Below are positions 38,409-48,644 of a stretch of DNA of 64,000 nucleotides, piece by piece. Origin of the DNA: Desulfobacterales bacterium (GTDB lineage: Bacteria; Desulfobacterota; Desulfobacteria; Desulfobacterales; UBA5616); NCBI GenBank assembly GCA_046483495.1, contig JAWODC010000040.1, positions 1 to 64,000 of the forward strand, in the 5' to 3' direction. The notes under the pieces were generated by a model that had not been told where the DNA came from, made no database searches, and saw only the letters and a program-made list of their open reading frames with translations. Position 1 is the first letter of the stretch. Each line of letters starts with the position of its first letter. The position numbers were made by a program, and so were the translations under genes.

Positions 38409-39056
38409 ATGAAAAGAGGATTGACCCTATTGCTCATTCCGGCACTTCTATGGATGCTGGTGGGCTGTGCCGGCCAAACGCGACAGCAGCGGGGAACCGC
38501 AACGGGAGCTGCGGTAGGGGCCGGCGTCGGTGCAATTTTAGGTCAAGCTATCGGAAAGGATACCCAAGGGACACTGATGGGGGCCGGAATCGGTGCGGTA
38601 TTGGGCGGCATCGCGGGCAATCAGATCGGCGCTTATATGGATCGCCAGGAACAGGCTCTCCGGCAGGCAGTAGCGGCCTCTGAAGCGGCAAGTATTCAGC
38701 GGGAACAAGATATTCTCACTGCAACATTCAAATCCGAAGTCATGTTCGATTTCGATTCCGCCGCGTTGAAGCCGGGCGGGTATACAGAAATCGCCAGGGT
38801 TGCCGACGTGTTGAACAATTACCCGCAGACCATGCTGCATGTTCAGGGGCATACCGATGCCACCGGTCCGGAGGACTACAACATGCGGCTGTCCCAGAGA
38901 AGGGCGGAAGCCGTCAAAAATGCGCTGATTCAACAGAATGTGGATGAGCGCAGGATTACCGCAACCGGGTATGGCGAATCGCAGCCGATATCTTCCGAGC
39001 CTGCTGTGAACCGGAGAGTCGAGATCGTTATCACCCCGATTCGTGCCCAAACCTGA
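38409..39056 (+). CDS. OmpA-family lipoprotein with glycine zipper
   Basis: Lipobox LVGC, Gly zipper, GHTD, LSQRRA, NRRVEI. Confidence 0.92.
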   Translation: MKRGLTLLLIPALLWMLVGCAGQTRQQRGTATGAAVGAGVGAILGQAIGKDTQGTLMGAGIGAVLGGIAGNQIGAYMDRQEQALRQAVAASEAASIQREQDILTATFKSEVMFDFDSAALKPGGYTEIARVADVLNNYPQTMLHVQGHTDATGPEDYNMRLSQRRAEAVKNALIQQNVDERRITATGYGESQPISSEPAVNRRVEIVITPIRAQT

Positions 39057-39108
39057 TTTGCGCTTACAAACTGTTGCTAAAAAGAATCGGCTGAAATGAC
39101 AAACGGTT

Positions 39109-40182
39109 TCAGCCGATTCTTCTCCAGGTTGACCTATCCGGGCCATCTTCTACGGCAATACCGAAGGATGAGAGCGAATCCCGGACGGCATCGGCCAGAT
39201 CCCACCTTTTTTCCCTCCTGAGTTCCGACCGTATGTCGAATAGAAGTTCGATAACGGTGTCGGGGAGTTCACCTTTTTTTTCGATTCCTTCGGGTGGTTC
39301 GCCGGCACCGATAAACGGCTCCGGTTGCGGTATGCGGGGAGAAAATCCTGCTGTGCCGGCATCATCATTACTGCGCCGGTGATCAGGTTCGAGGCACGTA
39401 AGATCGAACCGGTCTTTCGAGTGAAATTGCCTTTCACCGTCCTCTTTTTTCAGGGTTACCGTTCCCGACCCGCCGACAGTACAACAATTTTGTGCAAAGT
39501 CGAGCGTTAAGGCCGTATATTCGTCAATACCCACGATAACGGTGGAAGCCGGCAGCTGTTTTTCGAGCACTTGCAGCCGAGGGGCGCCCATATAACAAAA
39601 TCGGGTGTCATGGGTGCCGCCCTCCTTGTTGTTCCAGTGGGGAATGATCACCGGTTCGAGTCCCCATGGCGCTAAAAAATTCAGACCGTTCATCCAGTGC
39701 AGCGGCTCACCGACCTTGTATATTTCATATACCGGAAGAGCAAAGGCGCCTATCGCAATGGAAGCCGCACTGGCAAGAACGATGTGAGCGCCGCCTGCCA
39801 ACTGCGACTGCAGGGTATTTAAAATGCGCGTGTTGCGCCACTGCCGGACCGTATACGTGGGGCTTCCCGGACCCGCGAAAATGTAGTTCGCCCGCAGAAT
39901 TTCGGTCAGGGCTTTATTCTCTTTTTCCGGGGGTATGGCGGATGATGTGTATGAAGCGATGGCAAGGGGCATATTGAAGTGTTTTTTAAAATACCGGACG
40001 GCCTTTTCCGAAATTTCATCGATATTTAACTGAAAGCCGGCCGGAGTATCGATGAAGACGGGCCGAACCGGCGGGATGATGTTTTTCATCACCCGCCGAT
40101 GGACTTTGCTCATGGGGGGGGACATTTCCCCTGATCCGATGAGTGTGATACTCCCCTTTCGTGGGTCTTTTTTATCCTGCAT
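39109..40182 (-). CDS. Peptidase S51/cyanophycinase-like hydrolase fused to a CysRS C-terminal anticodon-binding domain
   Basis: LIGSGE, FAGPGSP, ASAA, IPHW and GIDE motifs; C-terminus RSELRREKRWDLADAVRDSL..GIAVEDGPDRSTWRR. Confidence 0.8.
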   Translation of the reverse strand: MQDKKDPRKGSITLIGSGEMSPPMSKVHRRVMKNIIPPVRPVFIDTPAGFQLNIDEISEKAVRYFKKHFNMPLAIASYTSSAIPPEKENKALTEILRANYIFAGPGSPTYTVRQWRNTRILNTLQSQLAGGAHIVLASAASIAIGAFALPVYEIYKVGEPLHWMNGLNFLAPWGLEPVIIPHWNNKEGGTHDTRFCYMGAPRLQVLEKQLPASTVIVGIDEYTALTLDFAQNCCTVGGSGTVTLKKEDGERQFHSKDRFDLTCLEPDHRRSNDDAGTAGFSPRIPQPEPFIGAGEPPEGIEKKGELPDTVIELLFDIRSELRREKRWDLADAVRDSLSSFGIAVEDGPDRSTWRRIG

Positions 40183-40355
40183 GGCATTATATGTTAGCAG
40201 ACAGGAGAAAAACCGGCAATGCTTTGCCAAAAATCACCTTTTACCCGTATTCCGATAGGTATAGATGACCATTGAAAATAGCCTTATTCGCTCGTTGGCG
40301 GCATTTTCGGTTCGGCTTTTGCGCCACGGCTCGTAGGACTGAACCGCTCGGTTTT

Positions 40356-40994
40356 CTATGGCCCTGTCGAAAGCGCAAACAGCCAAATGGCCGTGTAATA
40401 TGTTCCGAGAACGGCGGCATGGGCATGTTTGAAAGGCCTTATGAACCGTTGGTAAGCGAGCATGAAATCCGATACCATGAAAAAGGATGCTCCCAGACCT
40501 GCGATCATTGCATCGGCCGTTTTCAGGATATGCCATCTTTCCCAGGACTGCCAGAGCATGACCGAGATAACGATGATATATGTCAAAACGGCGGGTTTCA
40601 GTTTTCCGGCATGCGGCAACAGGAAAAGCGATGCCGCGGCTGCAATCAGAAAAACAGGGATTGCGATCCAGCCGGTCGGCATTGGACCGGATGAAGTCGC
40701 GAAGGCCATGATGAAGAGAATGTGGGCAACCAGAAAACTCGACAACCCGGCGATGAACCTGTCCTTTGGCAGCATTAAAAAAACATCCCCCCAAAGGGAA
40801 AAGAAAATTCCGGCAATGACAAAGTATCCGTAGGCCGACGCCGAGTCGGAAACCGAGATGAGCCCGATCACCAGGATCAGAACGGTGGTCAGCGGTTTGA
40901 ATACATAAAGCTGCAGGGCGGAGCCGGAATATTTGGAGCGGATGCAGAGAAGTGCGGAGGCGGCGGACAACAGGGAAAGAAATAATATCGGCAT
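40356..40994 (-). CDS. Lysoplasmalogenase-like membrane protein (YhhN family)
   Basis: VFKPL, GDVFLM..F..GL.SFLVAH, FMVSD..LA, TYY. Confidence 0.88.
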   Translation of the reverse strand: MPILFLSLLSAASALLCIRSKYSGSALQLYVFKPLTTVLILVIGLISVSDSASAYGYFVIAGIFFSLWGDVFLMLPKDRFIAGLSSFLVAHILFIMAFATSSGPMPTGWIAIPVFLIAAAASLFLLPHAGKLKPAVLTYIIVISVMLWQSWERWHILKTADAMIAGLGASFFMVSDFMLAYQRFIRPFKHAHAAVLGTYYTAIWLFALSTGP

Positions 40995-41079
40995 GGCTTC
41001 CCATATGTTTTTACGTTATAGGACCGACGGAGGATGCAAAAGGGTTACTCCGGATACGATGGTATCCCCGGAAGCCGGC

Positions 41080-42240
41080 TCAAGCAACACCGCATGAGGT
41101 GATAACACCGGCTATGTCCATGACGTGAAGCTCTTCGGCAACCCCTTCCGAACGAACGGCATCCTCGAACATCATCAGGCATTGGGGACAGGCCACTGCA
41201 AGAACCTTTGCACCGGTTGCAAGCGCTTCTTTTACCCTCACGCGGGCTGCGCTTTTTGGACCGCTTCCGAGAATATCGGTAAAGGCATTGCCGCCGCCGC
41301 CGCCGCAGCACAGGGCGTTTTGCCGGTTTCGTTCCATCTCGACGAGTTCGACACCCGGTGCGGCACTCAACATCGCACGGGCGGATCCATAATCATCATT
41401 GTGGCGCCCGAGATAGCACGGATCATGAAATGCAACTCGGATGGGGGGGCCGGGTTCGGGGAATTCAAGTTGCGAGACGGCGCCGCCGATTATTTGGCTG
41501 TAATGATAAATCTCGAATTCGCCTCCCAGGGGCGGATAATCATGGTTGAATACATGAAAAGCGTGCGGTGACAGCGTGATGATCCGTTTGACGCCGGCTT
41601 TATTGAAGTTGGCGATATTCTGTGAGGCGACATGCTCGAACAGCTCGAATTCGCCCATGGATCGGATTTCATTCCCATCACAGATCTCGTCGGTGCCCAG
41701 AATACCAAAGGAAATGCCCAGCAGCTTCATCAGTTTTGCCGTACGATAAGCCATCTCGCGGCCGTACTCGTCATAGGAACCCAGATCGCCGACATAAAAC
41801 AGAAAAGACTGGTCGGAAAACAGGGGGATATCAAGATCACCGATCCATTGCGTCCGGTTTTTTTTCAGGAGTTTGAATGGATTGCCGTGACGGAAAACGG
41901 CTTCGAAATACGCCGAAGCTTTCGGCGGCACGATGCCGTTTTCGATCAACGCCGCCTTGCCGGCGATAAATGCATTGAGCAGGTCGTCTCTAAACTCCGG
42001 GAATGCGCAGTGCTTGACGCAATTGCCGCATGCCGCACACGAAAAAAGAATATCCGCAAATCGCGGGCCGGCTTCGAGATCTCCGTTCTGCCATGCCCGC
42101 AAAAGCCACATCCGGCCTCCGGGGGAAAAGGATTCGAACCCGTACCGTAAGTATGGCGGGCAATTGAAGTCCGAATAGTCTTCCGGAAATTTGCAGTATC
42201 CGCATCTGAAGCAGCGGTGAAGGATGTCGGCATATTGCAT
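41080..42240 (-). CDS. Fe-S oxidoreductase with CCG domain (GlpC/HdrD-like)
   Basis: CFRCGYC, CAACGNC, FHDPCYLGR, CCGGGGG, ACPQC. Confidence 0.88.
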   Translation of the reverse strand: MQYADILHRCFRCGYCKFPEDYSDFNCPPYLRYGFESFSPGGRMWLLRAWQNGDLEAGPRFADILFSCAACGNCVKHCAFPEFRDDLLNAFIAGKAALIENGIVPPKASAYFEAVFRHGNPFKLLKKNRTQWIGDLDIPLFSDQSFLFYVGDLGSYDEYGREMAYRTAKLMKLLGISFGILGTDEICDGNEIRSMGEFELFEHVASQNIANFNKAGVKRIITLSPHAFHVFNHDYPPLGGEFEIYHYSQIIGGAVSQLEFPEPGPPIRVAFHDPCYLGRHNDDYGSARAMLSAAPGVELVEMERNRQNALCCGGGGGNAFTDILGSGPKSAARVRVKEALATGAKVLAVACPQCLMMFEDAVRSEGVAEELHVMDIAGVITSCGVA

Positions 42241-42241
42241 G

Positions 42242-43618
42242 TTACACCTCCCAGTTCCCGGGGTTCATGATGCCTTGCGGGTCCAGCACCGCACGGATGC
42301 GGTTCATCAGGTCAAAGGTCTGGGGATCCATATGTTCGATGATTTGCCGCTGGGCGGGAGCTTCGGCTTTCCACGGAATCCCTCCCATATTCAACACCGC
42401 CCCGTTTGTTGCTTCGAGGGCTTTGTGGACCCGTTCGATGTCCGAGTCGTCGGCCCGGTTGAATGGATAGGCGAATGCAAACATCATGCAGTGGCCGGCC
42501 CCGACAATGCGCACCAGCAGAAAATGGGGCAACCGGAGCCGTTCGGCAATGGCCAGGCCTTCGCGATAGGCTTCCGGGAACAGCTCGATCGGCATGATGG
42601 CGCCGACATATTCGAAGCCCCCGCCTTTTCGTTCATCCGCGAATTGGGTCATGGATTTCAACGGAATTTCCATCAGTCCTTTTTTCATAATCGAAAATAC
42701 CGGCATGAATCCGCCGATATCCGCGTCCACAAACGATTGAACCGATTCGCGGAGGAGATCGCGTTTGAGCAGAAGGGACTTCTTGGAATCCGCGGAATAG
42801 CTGATCAAAATGAGCTGAAACCCCGGCATGCGTTCGGACATGATCACGTTGATGTCTTCGGCTATTTGGGCGCCGGTAAGCCGGTGTATGACATCCGGCA
42901 CATGTTCGCCATTGTCGGTGATGAATATGCGGATGTCATTGAACGGCCGGTCCGGATAAAGCTTGACCGAGAGCCGGGTTACGATTCCCGTCGTTCCGGC
43001 CCATCCAAGAAAAAGGCCGGAAAGGTCCGGCAGCGGCGACCGGGAGAACCAGTACGGTGACGTTGCACAGGACCCTAAACGCACGATTTCACCGGTGGGC
43101 ATCACCGCTTCGACACCGTTAAGCATTTCCGAATGGAATCCGCCGAACTGGCTGATATGGCCGGATCCATGGATCAATACATTTCCGGCGATGGTGGCCG
43201 TTGGAGGCGCATCAGGAGATGAATGCTTGAGTGTGGGGTGGTGCTTTTTCAGGTAGGCCTGGAGCTTGCCTTGTGACGTGCCGGCTTCCACGACGGCATA
43301 CCTGCTTTTTTCATTGACTTCGATGATCCGGTTCATCCGCTTCATGTCAACAACGATGCCGCCCTTCAAAGGCCGGGTCAATCCGGAAAGGGTCAATCCC
43401 GCGCCCATGGGAATCACCGGAATGTTTTCACGGTTGGCCAATAGAACAATCCGGCTTACCGCTTCCGTGGAATCGGGCATGACCACCCAATCCGGCGTTG
43501 CGGGAGACATGGTGCCCATATCCCTGCCGTAAAGGTATTTCTCCTCGGCGTGATCGGATACGTATTCGGCACCCACGATTTCTTTTAACGATGTGATAAT
43601 ATGTTCCATCTTGATCAC
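42242..43618 (-). CDS. FAD-linked oxidoreductase (GlcD/VAO-PCMH family)
   Basis: GAGLTLSG, VDMKRMNRI, ATIAGN, GTTGIVT, LDPQGIMNPG. Confidence 0.9.
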   Translation of the reverse strand: MIKMEHIITSLKEIVGAEYVSDHAEEKYLYGRDMGTMSPATPDWVVMPDSTEAVSRIVLLANRENIPVIPMGAGLTLSGLTRPLKGGIVVDMKRMNRIIEVNEKSRYAVVEAGTSQGKLQAYLKKHHPTLKHSSPDAPPTATIAGNVLIHGSGHISQFGGFHSEMLNGVEAVMPTGEIVRLGSCATSPYWFSRSPLPDLSGLFLGWAGTTGIVTRLSVKLYPDRPFNDIRIFITDNGEHVPDVIHRLTGAQIAEDINVIMSERMPGFQLILISYSADSKKSLLLKRDLLRESVQSFVDADIGGFMPVFSIMKKGLMEIPLKSMTQFADERKGGGFEYVGAIMPIELFPEAYREGLAIAERLRLPHFLLVRIVGAGHCMMFAFAYPFNRADDSDIERVHKALEATNGAVLNMGGIPWKAEAPAQRQIIEHMDPQTFDLMNRIRAVLDPQGIMNPGNWEV

Positions 43619-43690
43619 CTTGAATTGAGGTCAGGCGAATGATTGACGCATGGGTTTTCCCGAACCGCTCGTGTAACGATTACCAACCGC

Positions 43691-44710
43691 TTACTCACCC
43701 AGTGCCATCAGGCACAGGTCGCTTATTAAAATCGGAATCATGCCGTTTTCGGCTACCGTTTCAGACATGGTAAAGAAACATGCCGGGCAATTGAAAACGC
43801 AATAGCTTGCATTCACTGATTTCATGTCCTCGATATTTCGTTTCATGACGTCATCGGCGGTTTCGTCCCGCTGCTGGGCCTGCTGGGCATATGTGCAGCA
43901 AAGGGCGTTTTCGCGGTCATATTTTCGCTCTGCTCGAATCGCGCCGATCTGATCGAATATTTTATCCGCCAGGATGTCCGTCTCAGGCACCAGCCGGTTG
44001 GAGCACGGGCGCTGATATGCCACAATTTGATTCAGCGGTTTGATGCGGTCCTTGAGGTCGTTGAGCCGTTGGTGCAAAAAAGAGAAAAGATGGATCGATT
44101 TAAAAGGAATATCGATGCCCATGGCCGGGGCCAGGTGGGTATAAGCCCCATAGCACTCATCATGAAAGTGTATGACTTCCTGAATGCCGCTGTCCTCTAA
44201 ATAATAGTGTTGGATATTCCATGCGGCCTTCGGGAGGCGCTCCTTGATGGTGGTGCCCGTTCCAAAATGGAGCCACATAATATTGCAGAATATGTCGCTG
44301 CCGGATATCACCGATACACCGTCAAAAAGAGACCCCCGAATACAACCTTCCAGCATCGAAAAGGCGCACATATTGATCAGGGGGGAATGGACGGTTTTTT
44401 TTGTAATAAGATACTGTGGGCGCATCAGGTGGAGCTGCTGGCGGGTTAAAGGACCGGGAACCGGCTGTATGTGCTTCTCATCTTGGAGCTCGACAATACG
44501 GTAAAATGGATGATTGCCGTACGGACAGTACTCTTCACAGGCATAACAGGTGACGCAATCCTTCAGAACCGAAGAATCCTGCCCGCGTGCGATAAGCGAC
44601 CTGTGATGTTTTGCGGTTTGAAAATCCATATCGAGGTACTGGCATTTCATCAGGCAACTTACGGATTCGCACGCTTCACAGATCGCCGGATCGAAATTGA
44701 GTTCATACAC
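43691..44710 (-). CDS. Fe-S-binding protein with CCG-like domain
   Basis: CEAC..C, CVTCYACEEYC, YQRPCS, LCC, FNCPAC; GTG start with AGGAG RBS. Confidence 0.82.
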   Translation of the reverse strand: MYELNFDPAICEACESVSCLMKCQYLDMDFQTAKHHRSLIARGQDSSVLKDCVTCYACEEYCPYGNHPFYRIVELQDEKHIQPVPGPLTRQQLHLMRPQYLITKKTVHSPLINMCAFSMLEGCIRGSLFDGVSVISGSDIFCNIMWLHFGTGTTIKERLPKAAWNIQHYYLEDSGIQEVIHFHDECYGAYTHLAPAMGIDIPFKSIHLFSFLHQRLNDLKDRIKPLNQIVAYQRPCSNRLVPETDILADKIFDQIGAIRAERKYDRENALCCTYAQQAQQRDETADDVMKRNIEDMKSVNASYCVFNCPACFFTMSETVAENGMIPILISDLCLMALGE

Positions 44711-45076
44711 GGCCGTGATCTCCTGTTAAGGTTTAGAGAAAAGAGAAGGGCTCAAAGATAGGAGCTTTCAACTTATCAAAAATTTTTTCTGTTTTCAATC
44801 GATGATAACCTCTTTTGATATTTTTTTTCAGCCGGTGTCGGTTGTTTTCATTCCGGGCGAGGCCTACCACGCGCAGACCGACTCCCGGGCCGTGTTGGTG
44901 AACGAAAAACGTTGAATATTCAGCCCAACGTCAAAATAATAAGGAATATAAAAAACTTGTCTCGAGACACAGAAAATGCTATTTGCTTGAAAACGTTGCC
45001 CGACATGCGGAACAAACAATGCAATGGCTTGATAATATTGAATTTTAAGTATTCATCGATGTTGAGGAGGAAATAA

Positions 45077-45559
45077 ATGGCAAAATTCGGCAAATTTTTA
45101 CCCCTTGTGATCGTTATCCTGATCGGCGTGTTCTTCCAATTGATATTTATTGCTGTGGATATCAGAGATACCCCCATCAAAGCGGCCGTTGAATTTGCTA
45201 AAGCCTACTACATGCTGGATGATGATGCCATGGAAAAGAGAATCTGCAAAAAGGCCCTGGAAAACGGGATGGTTGACGACTACCTTTACCATGTCAGGCA
45301 GAAGGCGGAAAATCGCGGTTATGAAATGGCTTATTACAAGAGCCTTCTTTCCGATATCCATACAGAAATTATCGAATTGGATGACAAGACCGCCAAAATC
45401 AAGATCGTCGCCGAAAAGCGGTCCGCTATCAATCCCGTTTATCATTTGGTGGGAAAGCTGTTCAACCTGACGCAGGCTTATGAAGTGGAGAAAACGCTTT
45501 ACCTGGTGAAGGAAAAGGACCGCTGGCGGGTTTGCACCCCGTTGCTCGATCACGTATGA
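45077..45559 (+). CDS. Hypothetical membrane-anchored protein
   Basis: RBS GAGGAGG; single N-terminal TM helix. Confidence 0.7.
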   Translation: MAKFGKFLPLVIVILIGVFFQLIFIAVDIRDTPIKAAVEFAKAYYMLDDDAMEKRICKKALENGMVDDYLYHVRQKAENRGYEMAYYKSLLSDIHTEIIELDDKTAKIKIVAEKRSAINPVYHLVGKLFNLTQAYEVEKTLYLVKEKDRWRVCTPLLDHV

Positions 45560-45674
45560 TGAATAAAAACGCGATATGTTACGGCGGGTGAAAGGGGGCC
45601 GGTGCCGATAAGGGCGGTCCGAACTCCCAATTTGCCGGTTCGGGGCGGCGCCCCGGGCGAACGATAGTTTATTC

Positions 45675-46424
45675 ATGCAATCCATTTATCGTGTCATTCA
45701 AAAAAAAGCCGTCGAGATAGCTTCTCATTTTCCGGCTCCGGAATTTTATCAGGATTACCGTAGCGTCCATGAAGCATCCCGGGTGTTCTACAAAACCGAT
45801 CCCATAATCGGAAAACTGAAATCGTATGTGGAATCCCACATCGAAAATGATTTCGGGCACGGGATGAATCACGTGGTCAAGGTCACCATCGATGCCGGCA
45901 CCCTGGTGATGATCGAAGCCGAAAAAAGGGGGTATTCTCGAAAGCGAACGCAGCGATTTGTGCTCACGGTGCAATGTGCCGGTCTGCTGCATGACATCAA
46001 ACGCAAGCAAAAAAATCACGCGATCGAAGGCAGCCGGTTCGCCCGACAACTGCTCCAATCCTATCCGTTGGATTCCGTTGAAATCGAAGATATACGGCTG
46101 GCCATCAGAAACCACGAGGCATTCAAATCGGTTGAACTCCTGAGTACACCGGAAGGCGCCCTGATTTCAGACTGCCTTTATGATGCCGATAAATTCAGAT
46201 GGGGGCCCGATAATTTTACCGAGACGATCTGGGACATGCTGGAATTTTCCAATGCGGCCATAGAAGGGTTTATCCATCGGTATCCCGTGGGCGTGGAAGG
46301 GCTGTCCAGAATCAAAGAGACGTTTAGAACCCCGACCGGAAAAAAATACGGCCCCGGGTTCATCGACCTGGGAATCGCCATGGGACAGGAAATTTATCAT
46401 TATCTGAAAAAAACATACGGTTAG
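45675..46424 (+). CDS. HD domain phosphohydrolase
   Basis: GHGMNH, LLHD, NH, DADK. Confidence 0.85.
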   Translation: MQSIYRVIQKKAVEIASHFPAPEFYQDYRSVHEASRVFYKTDPIIGKLKSYVESHIENDFGHGMNHVVKVTIDAGTLVMIEAEKRGYSRKRTQRFVLTVQCAGLLHDIKRKQKNHAIEGSRFARQLLQSYPLDSVEIEDIRLAIRNHEAFKSVELLSTPEGALISDCLYDADKFRWGPDNFTETIWDMLEFSNAAIEGFIHRYPVGVEGLSRIKETFRTPTGKKYGPGFIDLGIAMGQEIYHYLKKTYG

Positions 46425-46440
46425 AAGAGGTATTAATCGT

Positions 46441-47235
46441 TTGAAAAAGTTATCGAAACCTTGCAGCAATCCCATTGCGGGGGGCATTCTGCTCCTATTT
46501 ACCATTCTTTTGCAGCCCGCCGATGCATTTGCCGATAAAGCGCCGCTGCTGTTCCCGCCCGGTGAAAAGCTGGTGTTTGACATCAAATGGAGCATTATAC
46601 CGGCCGGAAAAGCCGTTCTCAAAGTCATGCCGATAAAGGAGTTGGATGGCGTTTTAGCCTATCATTTCGTTTTTACAGCTGAAACAACCGGAATTGTCGA
46701 TTATATTTACAAGGTCAGAGACAGAATCGATGCATATGCGGATCTTCAGATGAACCGTTCCCTCCTTTATAAAAAAAAGCAGCGGGAAGGAGGCTCGAAA
46801 CGAGATATCCTGGTGACGTTCGACTGGGAGGCGAATCAGGCCCGGTATTCCAATTACGATAAAAAACGAAATCCCATTCCCATAGCGGAAGGCACCTTCG
46901 ATCCCTTGTCCGCTTTTTATTTTACCCGTCTGTTTGATTGGGAGAATGAAAAAATCGTGGAGAGGCCGGTTACCGACGGCAAGAAGAACATCATCGGCAG
47001 AGCCCGACGGGTAAAGCGGGAAACCATCGAAGTGCCCGCAGGGCGGTTCGACACTTTTTTATATGAGCCCGACATTGAACATATCGGCGGCGTATTCGAA
47101 AAAAGCAAAAACGCAAAAATCGAGTTGTGGGTGACGGCTGATGATCGGCGCATTCCAGTGAAGCTGAGGAGCAAGGTTGTAGTGGGGAGTTTTACCGGGG
47201 AGTTGGTAAGCATGGAGGGTCATGACCAGTCGTAG
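46441..47235 (+). CDS. DUF3108 family exported protein
   Basis: Signal peptide; GEKLVF.IKW, DPLSAFY, VPAGRF, WVTAD..RIPV. Confidence 0.8.
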   Translation: MKKLSKPCSNPIAGGILLLFTILLQPADAFADKAPLLFPPGEKLVFDIKWSIIPAGKAVLKVMPIKELDGVLAYHFVFTAETTGIVDYIYKVRDRIDAYADLQMNRSLLYKKKQREGGSKRDILVTFDWEANQARYSNYDKKRNPIPIAEGTFDPLSAFYFTRLFDWENEKIVERPVTDGKKNIIGRARRVKRETIEVPAGRFDTFLYEPDIEHIGGVFEKSKNAKIELWVTADDRRIPVKLRSKVVVGSFTGELVSMEGHDQS

Positions 47236-47378
47236 GCCTGCCGTTCGGCCATCGAACCGAACAGGCGTTTTCCCATCCGGCATGATGATGGACCGGCCTT
47301 GTCAAAACCTGCATATCGATGAACTCCCCGTGAATATTTTCAGATAACATTACAAAAAGGAAGAAAAGGAGACGTGAA

Positions 47379-48632
47379 TTGATGAAAGATGTTGTCATCG
47401 CTTCCGCTTGCCGAACGGCGATCGGAACATTCGGGGGCACCCTGCGTGATGTCCACTGTTCAAATCTGGCATCCGTGACCATGAAAGAAGCCATAAAAAG
47501 GGCGGGAATCGGTGCCGAGCTCATCGATGACATTCGGTATGGGTGCTGTCTCGAACCCTTCGATACGCTGAATGTTACGCGAACGGCGGCCTTGCTGGCC
47601 GGCATTCCGGAAACCGTGACGTCCGTTACCATCAATCGTGTCTGCATTTCCGGCATGGAAGCGGTTATTTCCGGCATGGCCATGATCCAGACGGGGATGG
47701 CGGATATCATTTTGGCCGGCGGTGTGGAACACATGTCCGGGGTTCCTTACTATGTGCCCGGTGCGCGATGGGGTTGCCGGCTTCAGGATAACGAATTTAT
47801 AGACGGGGTGATCCGGGCGCTGCACTGCGGCTCTCACATTATTCCCCATCCGGAGGATGGTCCCGTAAACGCGGATGAACCGCCGTTGAGTTATTTCAAA
47901 GGAAAACCCTACATCATGGGGCATACGGCCGAGTTCGTCGCCCAGCATCTCGGCATTGAACGGGAGGAAATGGATGAGGTGGCGCTCAGGAGCCATAACC
48001 GGGTTGAAAAAGCCACACGGGAGGGGGCGTTCAAGGATGAAATCGTGGCCGTGGAAGTCCCCCAGCGTAAAAAACCCCCGATTGTGTTCGATCAGGATGA
48101 ACATTTTCGGCCGGGACTGACGATGGATGCGCTTCGCAAACTTGCACCGGCTTTCGTCCCGAAAATCGGCAAGGTAACGGCCGGTAATGCCAGCGGCATC
48201 AACGACGGGGCTACGGGCATGGTAATCATGTCGGAAGAAAAGGCGCGGGAGCTTGGAATTATCCCGCTTGCCAAAATCAAAGCCGTGGGCCGTGGCGCCT
48301 GTCACCCCTCCATCATGGGACTTTCACCCGTTCCCGCCGTCAAAAATCTGGTGAAAAACAGCCGGTACACCCTGGAGGATTTCGAGCTCATAGAGGTCAA
48401 TGAGGCCTTTGCCGCTCAATACCTCGGGTGCGAAAAAGAACTCGGCCTGAACAGGGAAATCACCAATGTCAACGGCTCGGGCATCGGCCTTGGGCATCCG
48501 GTCGGATCCACCGGCGCGCGCATAATGACCACTCTGATTTATAGCATGAGAAAACGCGGAAAAAATCTCGGACTGGCAACGCTCTGCGGCGGAGGCGGTG
48601 TTTCCATGGCCTGCGCCCTTGAAACCATATAG
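47379..48632 (+). CDS. Acetyl-CoA C-acetyltransferase (thiolase)
   Basis: INRVCISG, NEAFA, GHPVG, LCGGGG. Confidence 0.95.
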   Translation: MMKDVVIASACRTAIGTFGGTLRDVHCSNLASVTMKEAIKRAGIGAELIDDIRYGCCLEPFDTLNVTRTAALLAGIPETVTSVTINRVCISGMEAVISGMAMIQTGMADIILAGGVEHMSGVPYYVPGARWGCRLQDNEFIDGVIRALHCGSHIIPHPEDGPVNADEPPLSYFKGKPYIMGHTAEFVAQHLGIEREEMDEVALRSHNRVEKATREGAFKDEIVAVEVPQRKKPPIVFDQDEHFRPGLTMDALRKLAPAFVPKIGKVTAGNASGINDGATGMVIMSEEKARELGIIPLAKIKAVGRGACHPSIMGLSPVPAVKNLVKNSRYTLEDFELIEVNEAFAAQYLGCEKELGLNREITNVNGSGIGLGHPVGSTGARIMTTLIYSMRKRGKNLGLATLCGGGGVSMACALETI

Positions 48633-48644
48633 CCAAAATAAGCG

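Noticed and set aside
44832..44890. Hairpin upstream of the Fe-S operon as SRP RNA or riboswitch
   Set aside because: Lacks the SRP domain IV motif and known aptamer signatures
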